From contig CAVYVS010000021.1 of assembly GCA_963772005.1 (NCBI GenBank), positions 102,469 to 126,468 of the forward strand: 24,000 bases of DNA, given 5' to 3'. Both the position numbers and the translations under genes were made by a program. Numbering within the stretch: position 1 is the first letter of the stretch; the number at the start of each line of letters is the position of its first letter. The notes beneath the pieces are model-generated. The model saw only the letters and a program-made list of their open reading frames with translations, had not been told where the DNA came from and did not search any database. Below, piece after piece: positions 1 to 8,688 of this stretch. Source of the stretch: an uncultured Nitrososphaerota archaeon (GTDB lineage Archaea > Thermoproteota > Nitrososphaeria > Conexivisphaerales > DTJL01).

Positions 1-552
1 GTAACAGTCTGCGAGCCTACCGAGGTCCCTGACCATTGGCTCCGCATAGCTCTGCAGGTGATGGCCCAACGTCTGAAGCTGCGCCTGCCGCATGTGGGTG
101 TAGGCCAGCACGGGTGTCGAAGAGTACCTCCGTGATAACTCCAGAAGCGCCTCCGCGAGTCCTATCGTCGCATCGGTTAGTTCCAGGAGTCGGTCCCGAC
201 ATAGCATGCGCGTTATGGTGGCGACCTGGTCGTTCCTGGACCTAGCCGTATGCAGTCTTCCTCCCGTGTCCTTCGAAGTCAAAAGGGTCACCGAGGTCTC
301 TACGAATTCATGGATGTCCTCGAACCCTGTTGTCAGGACGCCTCCCTCCGCCGTCTTCCTCAGGGCCCGGATGAGCTCTCCTGCCTGCCTTTTGTTTACC
401 CATCTCTGTTCCTCCAGCATTACCACATGTGCGAGGGAGCATTCGATTTCGTATGCCAGGAACTCGGCGTCGACATGCAGGGACCCTATGAAGCGCTGGG
501 ATTTGGGATCTATGTCCTTGCTCAGCCTTGACCGATAAAGCCCTCCAGTCAT
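1..552 (-). CDS. argH: argininosuccinate lyase, N-terminal 184 codons (gene continues past the left edge)
   Basis: Not in the ORF track because there is no stop in the window. My own minus-strand translation from the ATG at 552..550 is open for all 184 codons: MTGGLYRSRLSKDIDPKSQRFIGSLHVDAEFLAYEIECSLAHVVMLEEQ...GGRLHTARSRNDQVAT...LAYTHMRQAQLQTLGHHLQSY. It contains the fumarate-lyase/ArgH signatures HTxRSRNDQVAT and YTHxxxAQ. The ATG overlaps the upstream gene's stop (TGATG). Confidence 0.9.
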   Translation of the reverse strand, partial: MTGGLYRSRLSKDIDPKSQRFIGSLHVDAEFLAYEIECSLAHVVMLEEQRWVNKRQAGELIRALRKTAEGGVLTTGFEDIHEFVETSVTLLTSKDTGGRLHTARSRNDQVATITRMLCRDRLLELTDATIGLAEALLELSRRYSSTPVLAYTHMRQAQLQTLGHHLQSYAEPMVRDLGRLADCY

Positions 553-1243
553 CACTGCTTGCCTCCCAATCGCCGCGCTTCGGAGACAAGGTCTGTAACA
601 GCCGTGAATGCCTTGACGACGTCCCCCATCTTCACAACTATGATAGTGTCGGTGTAGTTGCTCACGGTGTCGACCACGTTTATACCTCCCCGTCCGACGC
701 GGTTATAGATGGCAGCTACGCAGCCTGCAGTCTCGGCTATCTCCTCAGGGCTATGTATGATGAGGGCAGGCTACGCTCGGTCTTCGCTTCTATCACTTCT
801 TCGTCCTTGAACCGACCACGAAGATATCCGAACAGGCTTCTCTCAAACACCAGGGTGTATGCGCTGGGAGAGCTCGAAATCTGCAGGAAGGCGTCATAGT
901 TCTTGAACGCGATGTCCTTTATCCTAGCTGACGCCTCCGGGTCTACCTGGACCGAGACCAAGGCTAGGTCGGTCCTGACCTCGACGCTGCTCTTTGCCAG
1001 CACCTTAAGGTATCCCAACGCCCCTCTCCTATAGGCGCCCTTAATTCGCTTCAACGAAGTGATTATGGCCTCCTCTGAAACGCTCCGGCCCATGCTCGAC
1101 ACGACCGCGGGCCTCAGCAGCCTAGCCGCCGCGCTCACGTTCACGATCCCCCTCGCCAGCGCTTCCTGCAACAGAGAATCGCCGTCCACCTGCTCCCTGA
1201 CCGACCTGGAGATGGAAGTCGTGACCAGTTTTGGTCTAGTCAT
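552..1243 (-). CDS. HTH plus C-terminal ACT-domain protein, likely amino-acid-responsive regulator (resembles the archaeal COG2150 family); reading frame broken once
   Basis: The track ORF 737..1243 (168 aa) ends at a TAG. A different minus-strand frame opens just upstream of that TAG, overlapping the ORF tail: PALIIHSPEEIAETAGCVAAIYNRVGRGGINVVDTVSNYTDTIIVVKMGDVVKAFTAVTDLVSEARRLGGKQ*. This is ACT-like (beta-alpha-beta-beta-alpha-beta pattern) and stops at 554..552. The frame change must lie near 762-770. The N-terminus (SLLQEALARGIVNVSAAARLL) looks like an HTH. The family assignment is from memory, not a search. Confidence 0.6.
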
Positions 1244-1268
1244 GGCTAATTCCGACCAGCGTCGTCCG

Positions 1269-1280
1269 AAATAATTAAAT
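1269..1280. promoter_or_regulatory. AT-rich TATA-like element (aaataattaaat) in the divergent regulator/argG intergenic region, possibly serving both directions
   Basis: This is the only AT-rich block in the 65-bp gap. It lies about 30 nt from the minus-strand ATG at 1243 and about 30-35 nt from the plus-strand ATG at 1309, which fits archaeal TATA-to-start spacing with a short or absent leader. Confidence 0.4.
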
Positions 1281-1308
1281 GTTGCCCTCCAGCTGCCTTG
1301 CGTTATCT

Positions 1309-2520
1309 ATGGCCTCTAAAATCGTCTTGGGCTATTCGGGCGGCCTTGACACCACGACAGCCATTCTGTGGCTGAAGGAGAAGTACGGCTACGACGTCGT
1401 GACCTTGACCATCGATGTCGGACAGGAAGAGGATTTCGCGCCTATAGCGAGGAGATCGCAGGAGCTGGGCGCGGTTCAGCATTACGAAATCGATGCCAAG
1501 GAGGAGTTCTCCAACGCCTACATAGCCAAGTCCATCAGGGCCAACGGGCTCTACCAGGGGAAGTACCCCCTCAGCACCGCCTTGGCCCGGCCGCTCATTG
1601 CCGCCAAGCTGGTAGAAGTTGCTGAGAAGGAAGGTGCGACGGCCGTGGCCCACGGTTGCACCGGCAAGGGTAACGATCAGGTCAGGTTCGACTTGTGCGT
1701 GAACGCCCTCAACCCCAACCTCAAGGTGGTAGCGCCAGTAAGGGAATGGAATCTTAGTAGGACCGACGAAGTGGCCTACCTCAAATCCAAGGGCTTCGAT
1801 GCGCCCACCAAACGGTCGGAGTTCAGCGTCGATCAGAACCTATGGGGGAGATCCGTTGAAGGTGGCGCAATCGAGAATCCTGCCGATGAGCCCCCGCAGG
1901 AGGCCCTAGATTGGACCCAGCCTCCAGAGCTCTGGCCCGCCGAGCCGTCATATGTAACGATCGGCTTCCAGGAGGGAGTTCCCACATCGTTGGACGGCCA
2001 AGAGCTGAAGCTGTCCGAGATTATAGTCAAACTCAACCGCCTGGCAGGGACGCATGGAATCGGGGTCCTCGACCACATGGAGGATAGGTCTGTTGGTATC
2101 AAGTCCCACGAGGTCTACGAATGCCCAGCCGCCACGGTCCTAATCGAAGCCCATCGGGAGCTCGAGAAGCTCGTCCTGACGAGATCTGAGGGAGCCTTCA
2201 AGCCAATCGTCGAGCAGCAGTGGGCCTCGTTGGTCTACTCGGGCCTCTGGATTGACCCGTTGCTCAAGGACCTTCAGAGCTTTATCGATTCAACCCAGGA
2301 GTTCGTTTCAGGGGAGACCAAAATCAAACTGTTCAAGGGAGCGAGCAGGGTAGTGGGGAGGTCATCCCCCTATGCGCTCTACCAGAAACAGTTGTCCACC
2401 TACGGGGTGGATTCGACCTTCGACCAGAGGGCAGCCGAGGGCTTCATCAAACTCTGGGGTCTTCCGTCTGTGATGGCTGCACGACGCAGCCTACTAAAAA
2501 CGAAGGAGGTGTTAGCATGA
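1309..2520 (+). CDS. argG: argininosuccinate synthase
   Basis: Track ORF 1279..2520. It carries the ArgG N-terminal ATP-pyrophosphatase motif (VLGYSGGLDTT), HGCTGKGNDQVRF, and a full-length ArgG-like sequence. I prefer the ATG at 1309 (MASKIVLGYSGG...) because the ATG at 1279 lies inside the TATA-like element. Confidence 0.95.
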   Translation: MASKIVLGYSGGLDTTTAILWLKEKYGYDVVTLTIDVGQEEDFAPIARRSQELGAVQHYEIDAKEEFSNAYIAKSIRANGLYQGKYPLSTALARPLIAAKLVEVAEKEGATAVAHGCTGKGNDQVRFDLCVNALNPNLKVVAPVREWNLSRTDEVAYLKSKGFDAPTKRSEFSVDQNLWGRSVEGGAIENPADEPPQEALDWTQPPELWPAEPSYVTIGFQEGVPTSLDGQELKLSEIIVKLNRLAGTHGIGVLDHMEDRSVGIKSHEVYECPAATVLIEAHRELEKLVLTRSEGAFKPIVEQQWASLVYSGLWIDPLLKDLQSFIDSTQEFVSGETKIKLFKGASRVVGRSSPYALYQKQLSTYGVDSTFDQRAAEGFIKLWGLPSVMAARRSLLKTKEVLA

Positions 2521-2687
2521 ACGGGACATGTGCAGAGTGCGGCGGTAGCGTGCCAGTACCAGGGGACGCGTTGAAGGGCGAAATCGTCTCGTGTCCTGAC
2601 TGTGGGACCGAGTTCGAGGTCAAGGAGCTGGGATCGACGGTTCAGCTGGCGGCCGCACCTAAGATCGAAGAAGACTGGGGAGAATAA
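2517..2687 (+). CDS. lysW: amino-group carrier protein LysW/ArgW (56 aa zinc-ribbon protein)
   Basis: My own translation; the ORF is below the track size cut-off. Sequence: MNGTCAECGGSVPVPGDALKGEIVSCPDCGTEFEVKELGSTVQLAAAPKIEEDWGE. It has two CxxC pairs and the acidic C-terminal EDWGE tail characteristic of LysW. The ATG overlaps the argG stop (ATGA), and lysX follows immediately. Confidence 0.9.
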   Translation: MNGTCAECGGSVPVPGDALKGEIVSCPDCGTEFEVKELGSTVQLAAAPKIEEDWGE

Positions 2688-2696
2688 GCCGGTCAG

Positions 2697-3545
2697 ATGA
2701 CGAAAATCACCCTCTTCTACGACCGCGTAAGGTGGGAAGAGAAACAACTTCACGACCGGGCTTCGGAGAGAGGAATCCAGCTCGACTTCTTGGATGTGCG
2801 GGAGCTCCTCTACCCGACCGCTCCTGAACAGATGGCCTTAGGCACCGCCCTGCAGAGGTGCGTCAGCCACACGAGGGGAATTCTCGCAGCCCATTACTTC
2901 GAAACGAGGGGCACAACGGTCATCAACTCCGGCAAGACGTCCGAAATCTGCAGCGACAAGTTCGCGACGGGCCTCCGCCTAGCTGCAGCCGGCATACCTC
3001 ATCCAAGAACGATTGTAGCGCTCTCCGTGGAGTCCGCCATGAAGGCGGCGGAGAAGGTGGCCTATCCGGTGGTCATGAAACCTCTCAACGGATCGTGGGG
3101 GAGGGAAGTGGCAGTCCTCACCGATGAACGGTCTCTGAAATCATACATTGAGCTGAAAGAAGGCTCCGAGGATCCCGAGGACCATGTGTACTACCTTCAA
3201 GAATTCGTGCAAAACCCGGGGAGGGACATCAGGTCCGTCTGCGTCGGCGGAGAGATCGTGGCTTGCATCTACCGCTACACTCCAGAGGGCGAATGGAGGT
3301 CGAACGTGGCACTCGGAGGCACGGCAAAGCCTTGCCAACTCGACGAAGCAGGCAAGGAGATGGTGCTCAAGGCGGCGGAAGTGGTCGGCGGCGAAATCGT
3401 TGGCGTGGACTCGATGGAGGGCCCCCATGGCCTAATGGTTCATGAAGTCAACTCGAACGTCGAGTTCCGAGGAGCCACCGGCGGCACTGGTGTCGACATC
3501 GCAGGTCGGATACTCGATTACGCGGTAAGGAGGTCCGCTAAGTGA
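2697..3545 (+). CDS. lysX: LysX/ArgX-type ATP-grasp ligase (RimK family) that loads the substrate onto LysW
   Basis: 282-aa ORF with RimK/LysX ATP-grasp features (YPVVMKPLNGSWGREV, YLQEFV, GVDSME...VHEVNSNVEF). It sits directly after lysW. Confidence 0.9.
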   Translation: MTKITLFYDRVRWEEKQLHDRASERGIQLDFLDVRELLYPTAPEQMALGTALQRCVSHTRGILAAHYFETRGTTVINSGKTSEICSDKFATGLRLAAAGIPHPRTIVALSVESAMKAAEKVAYPVVMKPLNGSWGREVAVLTDERSLKSYIELKEGSEDPEDHVYYLQEFVQNPGRDIRSVCVGGEIVACIYRYTPEGEWRSNVALGGTAKPCQLDEAGKEMVLKAAEVVGGEIVGVDSMEGPHGLMVHEVNSNVEFRGATGGTGVDIAGRILDYAVRRSAK

Positions 3546-4591
3546 GGGTCGGCGTTCTAGGGGCGTCCGGATTTGTGGGTGGAGAGCTCCTCAGGTTGCT
3601 CCTGCGACACCCTTCGGTCGAAGTCACCATTATTTCGTCGAGAGAATACGCGGGGGAGTTCGTGCACAGGGCACACCCTCACCTCAGAGGGGTCTCAAGC
3701 CTCCAATTCACTCCGTACGACCTCGAGAAGGTCGTGGACGCTAGCGATCTCGTGTTTGCTTCTCTGCCCCTCAAGGCCTCGCTGGATGCCATACCCAGGC
3801 TTGTAGCTGGGGGCGTGAAGGTGATTGACATGAGCCCAGCCTACAGGCTCCCAAAGGCCGAGGACTTCCAACTTCACTACAATATGGTTCACCCGGATCA
3901 GCTTCTCCTTTCACGTTTTGCCTACGGCCTCCCCGAGCTCTACCGTTCCGCGATAGCATCCAGCAACCTGGTCGCCAATCCGGGATGTTCGGCCCTGACC
4001 TCCATTCTGGCCACAGCGCCGTTCGTCGAGCTCATCGAACCTAATTCCGACCTTGTCGTCGATGCGAAGGTCGGCTCCTCCGGCTCGGGGTCCAAACCGT
4101 CACTTGGAGGAATGCATGCGGTCAGGTACGGGACCATTCGGCCATACAAGCTCGGTAACCACCGCCATGGCTCTGAAGTCAGGACCTTCCTCAGGTCCTG
4201 CGGCAACGAGGGAGTGAACGTGCTTTTCTCCGCCCACGCCGTCGACATGGTCCGAGGGATACTTGTCACAGAATATATCGCCACCAACACATCCATAACG
4301 GCCAAGGACGTCTGGCAGCGACTGCGCGGCAAGTATGGTCAGGAGCACTTCATCAGACTGGTGAAGGACAAGGTAGGAAGCTTCAAGCTTCCGGACCCGA
4401 AGATCTCGATAGGCTCCAACTTCTGCGACATCGGTTTTGAGCTGGACCCAGATGGAAGGCACTTGATGGTAGTCGCCGCCCTGGATAACCTGATGAAAGG
4501 AGCCGCCGGCAACGCGGTGCAGTGTATGAACGTGATGCAGGGCTACCCAGAAAGCACAGCCCTCGATCTGATTCCAATATTTCCGGTGTAG
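3542..4591 (+). CDS. lysY: LysW-gamma-L-aminoadipyl/glutamyl-phosphate reductase (ArgC family)
   Basis: 349 aa with an N-terminal Rossmann motif (VLGASGFVGGELLRLL) and an ArgC-type active-site Cys (NPGCSALTSIL). The GTG start overlaps the lysX stop (GTGA). Confidence 0.9.
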   Translation: MRVGVLGASGFVGGELLRLLLRHPSVEVTIISSREYAGEFVHRAHPHLRGVSSLQFTPYDLEKVVDASDLVFASLPLKASLDAIPRLVAGGVKVIDMSPAYRLPKAEDFQLHYNMVHPDQLLLSRFAYGLPELYRSAIASSNLVANPGCSALTSILATAPFVELIEPNSDLVVDAKVGSSGSGSKPSLGGMHAVRYGTIRPYKLGNHRHGSEVRTFLRSCGNEGVNVLFSAHAVDMVRGILVTEYIATNTSITAKDVWQRLRGKYGQEHFIRLVKDKVGSFKLPDPKISIGSNFCDIGFELDPDGRHLMVVAALDNLMKGAAGNAVQCMNVMQGYPESTALDLIPIFPV

Positions 4592-4597
4592 TCAGAA

Positions 4598-5399
4598 GTG
4601 GTAACAGTCGTAAAGATAGGCGGCCGGCTCACCGAAGGACCCTACCTAGATCAGTATAGGAGCCGATCTGGCGTCTAACAAGGAGCTTTCTCCCACCCTT
4701 ATCGTCCACGGTGGAGGGGACCTGGTGACCAGGTTCGGAGAGCGGATGGGGATAAAGCAGAAGTTCGTTATGGCTCCGTCGGGCGTCCGAAGCAGATATA
4801 CCGATGGCGAGACCCTTCAGGCCTGTCTGATGGTCTTGGCAGGGCTGGTGAACACTCGCGTCGTTCAGGCCCTGGAACGCCAGGGCGTACAAGCATTGGG
4901 GCTTACGGGTGCCGACTGCGAGTTGATCAGGGCCGAACGTCGGGAGAAGATATTGGTGGTCGAGGGTGGAAAGAAGATGGCGATCGATGGCGGCTACTCC
5001 GGGAAACCCTTCGCCGTGAACTCGGGCTTGATCAGCCACCTCTTTGACATGAACATAGTCCCCGTTGTCGCTCCCTTGGGGATAGACGCCAAGGGAGACC
5101 TTGTGAACATGGACGGCGATTCTGCGGCTGCCGCCATCGCGTCGGGACTGAAAGCAGATACATTGCTGTTCCTCTCGGACGTGGACGGCTTGCTGATTGA
5201 CGGCAAAGTCATCCCCAGGGTCCAGGCCGGTGCCTTGGAGGGTCTAATCAAGACCACGGGTGTGGGCATGAACCGCAAGCTTCTCTCTGCCCTCAAGGCG
5301 CTTAGAGGAGGGGTTCCCAAGGTGATAATATCCAATGGGAAGGCACAGCGTCCGCTGAGCGCGGCGCTCTTCGATAATCGGGGGACCATAATTCAATGA
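4598..5399 (+). CDS. lysZ: LysW-aminoadipate/glutamate kinase (ArgB family); N-terminus in a different frame (frameshift at about 4650-4676)
   Basis: Track ORF 4725..5399. It is open back to 4650 in the same frame (...KELSPTLIVHGGGDLV...) and has amino-acid-kinase motifs (VNMDGDSAAAAIA). The expected N-terminus, VVTVVKIGGRLTEGPYLD, is encoded from the GTG at 4598 in another frame, which stops at 4676-4678. Confidence 0.8.
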
Positions 5400-6568
5400 G
5401 CGACGCGCAGACGAACATCGAAGACCGTTGGCTCATCCCAACCTACGCCAAGCTTCCTGTGAAGATAGTCCGGGGCGAAGGGTCCTATGTCTGGGATGCT
5501 AGCGGGAAGCAGTTCATCGACTTTGCCACTGGATACGGCACCGCCATCCTCGGCCATTGTCCGCCTGCCGTCAAAGCCGCAGTAGTTGAACAGGTATCCA
5601 AGCTCATGGTCTGTCATGGGAGCCTCTACAACGACGCAAGGGAGAGGTTCTTTGAGGCCCTCGAGCCAGCGGCCCCAAAAGGCCTCGACAAGGCCTTTCT
5701 GGGCAATAGCGGGGCCGAAGCGGTAGAAGCAGCGATGAAGCTCGCCATCAGGAAGTCTGGAAAGAAAGGTTTCGTTGCCTTCCAGGGCGCGTATCACGGG
5801 AAGACCCTCGGCGCGCTCTCGCTGACTTGGGGGGCCAAGTATAGGGAACCATATCAGGAGATTCTCCTTCCCACCAAATTCGCAAGATATGGCGACTCGT
5901 CGAGCGTTCCTCAGCTAATTGACGCCGACACGGCTGCCGTGATTGTCGAGCCCGTCCAAGGAGAGGCCGGCATTAGGGTGCCGCCTCCAGGGTTCCTAAA
6001 GGAGGTCGAAGAGGCCTGTCGGCACGCCGGCGTGCTTCTGATAGTCGATGAGATTCAGTCTGGCTTGGGCCGTACGGGGCTCATGTGGGCGCACGAACGC
6101 GAAGGCATTAGGCCCGACGTCATGTGCTTCGGGAAGGGTCTGGCCTCAGGGATACCCATACGGAGCAATCCTGACGACTCCAGAAGTCGCCGGGGCTTGG
6201 CCAAAGGAGAACACACTACAACTTTCGGAGGGAATCCGGTTTCCTGCGCTGCTGCCGCTGCTACACTCAACCAAATTGTCTCGAGCAAGCTGTGGCTCAA
6301 CGCGGCCGAAAAGGGAGCCAGGTTGGTTGACATCTACAGCCGCCTCCCGCGAACAATCGTCAGGGAGGCCAGGGGATTGGGATTGATGCTCGCAGTGGAG
6401 ACCCGGCAGCCTTGCACGCCCATCATCAAGAAGCTCCTGGCCAATGGGCTTTTGACCATCCCTACAGGCCTCAACGTCGTGCGGACTCTTCCTCCCATCA
6501 ACCTTGAGGCCTCCGTACTGGATACGGCCGCTCCGATTTTAGAGTCCGCCTTCAGGGGTGACGCCTGA
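5396..6568 (+). CDS. lysJ: LysW-linked acetylornithine/aminoadipate-semialdehyde aminotransferase (class III PLP, ArgD family)
   Basis: 390 aa with class III aminotransferase features (GNSGAEAVEAAMKLA, LIVDEIQSGLGRTG, FGKGLASG, TTFGGNP). The ATG overlaps the lysZ stop (ATGA). It contains an internal compensated frameshift (see findings). Confidence 0.9.
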   Translation: MSDAQTNIEDRWLIPTYAKLPVKIVRGEGSYVWDASGKQFIDFATGYGTAILGHCPPAVKAAVVEQVSKLMVCHGSLYNDARERFFEALEPAAPKGLDKAFLGNSGAEAVEAAMKLAIRKSGKKGFVAFQGAYHGKTLGALSLTWGAKYREPYQEILLPTKFARYGDSSSVPQLIDADTAAVIVEPVQGEAGIRVPPPGFLKEVEEACRHAGVLLIVDEIQSGLGRTGLMWAHEREGIRPDVMCFGKGLASGIPIRSNPDDSRSRRGLAKGEHTTTFGGNPVSCAAAAATLNQIVSSKLWLNAAEKGARLVDIYSRLPRTIVREARGLGLMLAVETRQPCTPIIKKLLANGLLTIPTGLNVVRTLPPINLEASVLDTAAPILESAFRGDA

Positions 6569-7615
6569 CATGCCTCAGGATTCGGAAGCCGTCTCTCTCC
6601 TAAGGAAGCTGGTCCAGCTATACTCTCCAAGTGGCAGAGAGAAAAGGGTCGCCTCCGTCGTCCATCGCTGGCTTGCCGCCCAATCTTCTTTTGATGAAGT
6701 CGTGATAGATTCGGCTGGCAACGTCGTGGCTACAAGGGGCTCCGGACCATATCTCCTGCTATGTGGACACATGGACACAGTGCCTGGCAGGCTACCCGTC
6801 ACCTTCAAGAATGGAATGATAAGAGGGAGGGGTGCGGTTGGACGCCAAGGCGTCGCTCGCAGCCATGTGTATGGGTTCCTCATTGGCCGCAAGCCAAGGT
6901 GCGAAGGGCTTTATGTTCGCCGCAGTCGTGGGGGAGGAGACCAGCGGGAAGGGCATGAAGGCCCCTTCTCTCCAAGGGATGTCAGTTCGCGGGAGGGATC
7001 TTCGGCGAGCCCTCCGGTGGCGGAATCGTCATAGGCTACCGAGGGAGGCTGGGCTTGGAGCTCGAGGTCCAGGGCAAGGCGGCTCATGCCTCAAGCTCGG
7101 CTCTGGGCGTCAACGCGGTTGAGATTGGGATGGAAGCGGCGCTTGGGCTGAAGAAGGAACTCACCTCTTTAGGGTGCGCAGCCTCCATAACCATTGTCAG
7201 GGGAGGAAAGGCGGAGAACATGATACCTGCCAGCTGCAAGGTGGCCATGGACATTCGGATTCCCACTACGGTGGAGATGGCCCAAGTGCGTAGAGTCGTC
7301 GAGGAAGGCGATAGACCGGGGACGAAGTCAAAGGTCTCTGACTTCACTCCTCCCATCAACGTAGGAAGGGCGAACCGCGTATTCGGCTCTATGGCGGCGG
7401 TCATGACTGAAAGGGGAGTCCAGCCGAGGGCCCTGGTCAAGGTAGGCACCAGCGACATGAATTCGTTCTTCCTTACTACGAGGGCACCATGCATCGCATA
7501 CGGGCCCGGCGACGCCGCCCTCTCCCATACGGACAACGAGGCCGTAGGCGAGGCGGATTATCTGGCCGCCATTCAAGTCTATGCCTCGACCATCAGAAGA
7601 TTCTTGCGAGCGTGA
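6558..7615 (+). pseudogene. lysK: LysK/ArgE-type M20 deacylase (releases lysine/ornithine from LysW), split over three frames by two +1 shifts (or two sequence errors)
   Basis: Frame A, 6558..about 6838: ...LLLCGHMDTVPGRLPVTFKNGMIRGRGAV. Frame B, about 6838..6960: DAKASLAAMCMGSSLAASQGAKGFMFAAVVGEETSGKGMKA. Frame C, about 6959..7615: ...FAGGIFGEPSGGGIVIGYRGRLGLELEVQGKAAHASS...YGPGD...HTDNE. Joined, these give a normal M20/ArgE-like protein. The ATG at 6570 is an alternative start. Confidence 0.8.
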
Positions 7616-7704
7616 TCATGAAGTTGTCGAGAATCCAGTTTCGACCTCATCAGGCATTCCTTAAATATGGTGGTCTGGTTGCGCGCATTGTGGGCTGAAG
7701 GGCC

Positions 7705-8688
7705 ATGACGGCGATAGAAGTCGATGGGCTAACGAAGGTGTACCCGCCCGATATGAGGGTGGTGGATTCGATTAGCTTCAAGGTCGAAGACGGAGAAATC
7801 TTCGGGCTTCTGGGCCCGAATGGCGCTGGGAAGACCACGACCATCAAGATGATTATAGGGCTTACCAGGCCCACATCCGGCTCGATGAAGATATGCGGGA
7901 TTGATGCCCTTTCATCCTCATCTAAGGTTCGACAGATGATGGGGTACGTCCCTCAGGCCATCTCCGCCGACGGCGACCTTACTGGATACGAGAACCTTCT
8001 GATATTCTCGAAGCTCTTCTACGTCCCGAGGAAGGACCGCGAGCCCAGGATCAAGGAGGCGTTGCAGTGGATGGAACTCACGGACAGGGCCAACGATCTC
8101 GTAAAGCACTATTCGGGCGGCATGATGAGACGGCTTGAAATTGCGGAAGCCATCGTGAGTCGTCCGAGGGTCCTCTTCTTGGACGAGCCCAGCATCGGGC
8201 TGGATCCGTCGTCCAAAAGGCAAGTCTGGCAGCACATAAAGCGCTTGAACACGGATCTTAACATGACCGTCCTGATAACAACGCACGATATGGCAGAGGC
8301 CGACGAGCTATGCGGCAGGATCGCCATAATGAACCGTGGGCGATTCGTGGCTTTAGGCACTCCCGAGGAACTCAAACATGGGATGGGGGGCGATGTGGTG
8401 ACCGTCTGGCTGTCTGGAAAGCCCGACGTTTTCCCGCCTATTGAAGTCGGAAAGCCGCTTCACGTGTTGGAGGATTCCGTTGACTTCCTGACCGCGAACG
8501 GGGAAACGGCCATCCCGAAGATCGTCGGTTTCTACGAGCAGAACGGATTCCAGGTCCTTTCGATGTCGCTCAACAAGCCCACTCTCGACGACGTCTTCCT
8601 GAAGTACGCCAAACTGCGCATCGAAGAGGCCGAGAGCTATACGCAGACGCGTCAGTCTCGCAGAACGTTCATGAGGCATGCTGGATAA
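7705..8688 (+). CDS. ABC transporter ATP-binding protein (DrrA/ABC-2 exporter type)
   Basis: 327 aa with Walker A (GPNGAGKTT), the ABC signature (YSGGMMRRL), Walker B (LFLDEPSIGLD), and a C-terminal extension typical of ABC-2 partner ATPases. Confidence 0.9.
   Translation: MTAIEVDGLTKVYPPDMRVVDSISFKVEDGEIFGLLGPNGAGKTTTIKMIIGLTRPTSGSMKICGIDALSSSSKVRQMMGYVPQAISADGDLTGYENLLIFSKLFYVPRKDREPRIKEALQWMELTDRANDLVKHYSGGMMRRLEIAEAIVSRPRVLFLDEPSIGLDPSSKRQVWQHIKRLNTDLNMTVLITTHDMAEADELCGRIAIMNRGRFVALGTPEELKHGMGGDVVTVWLSGKPDVFPPIEVGKPLHVLEDSVDFLTANGETAIPKIVGFYEQNGFQVLSMSLNKPTLDDVFLKYAKLRIEEAESYTQTRQSRRTFMRHAG

Noticed and set aside
522-555. C/D-box sRNA-like pattern on the minus strand (GTGATGA ... CTGA)
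   Set aside because: There are no C'/D' boxes and no terminal stem. The pattern spans the regulator stop and argH start codons (TGATGA), which fully explains the C-box-like string.
6048-6386. 112-aa alternative-frame ORF inside lysJ, considered as an overlapping gene
   Set aside because: Only about 15 codons of it are meaningful (GAILTTPEVAGAWPK), and they are the displaced ancestral lysJ frame. The rest is Arg/Ser/Pro-rich noise.
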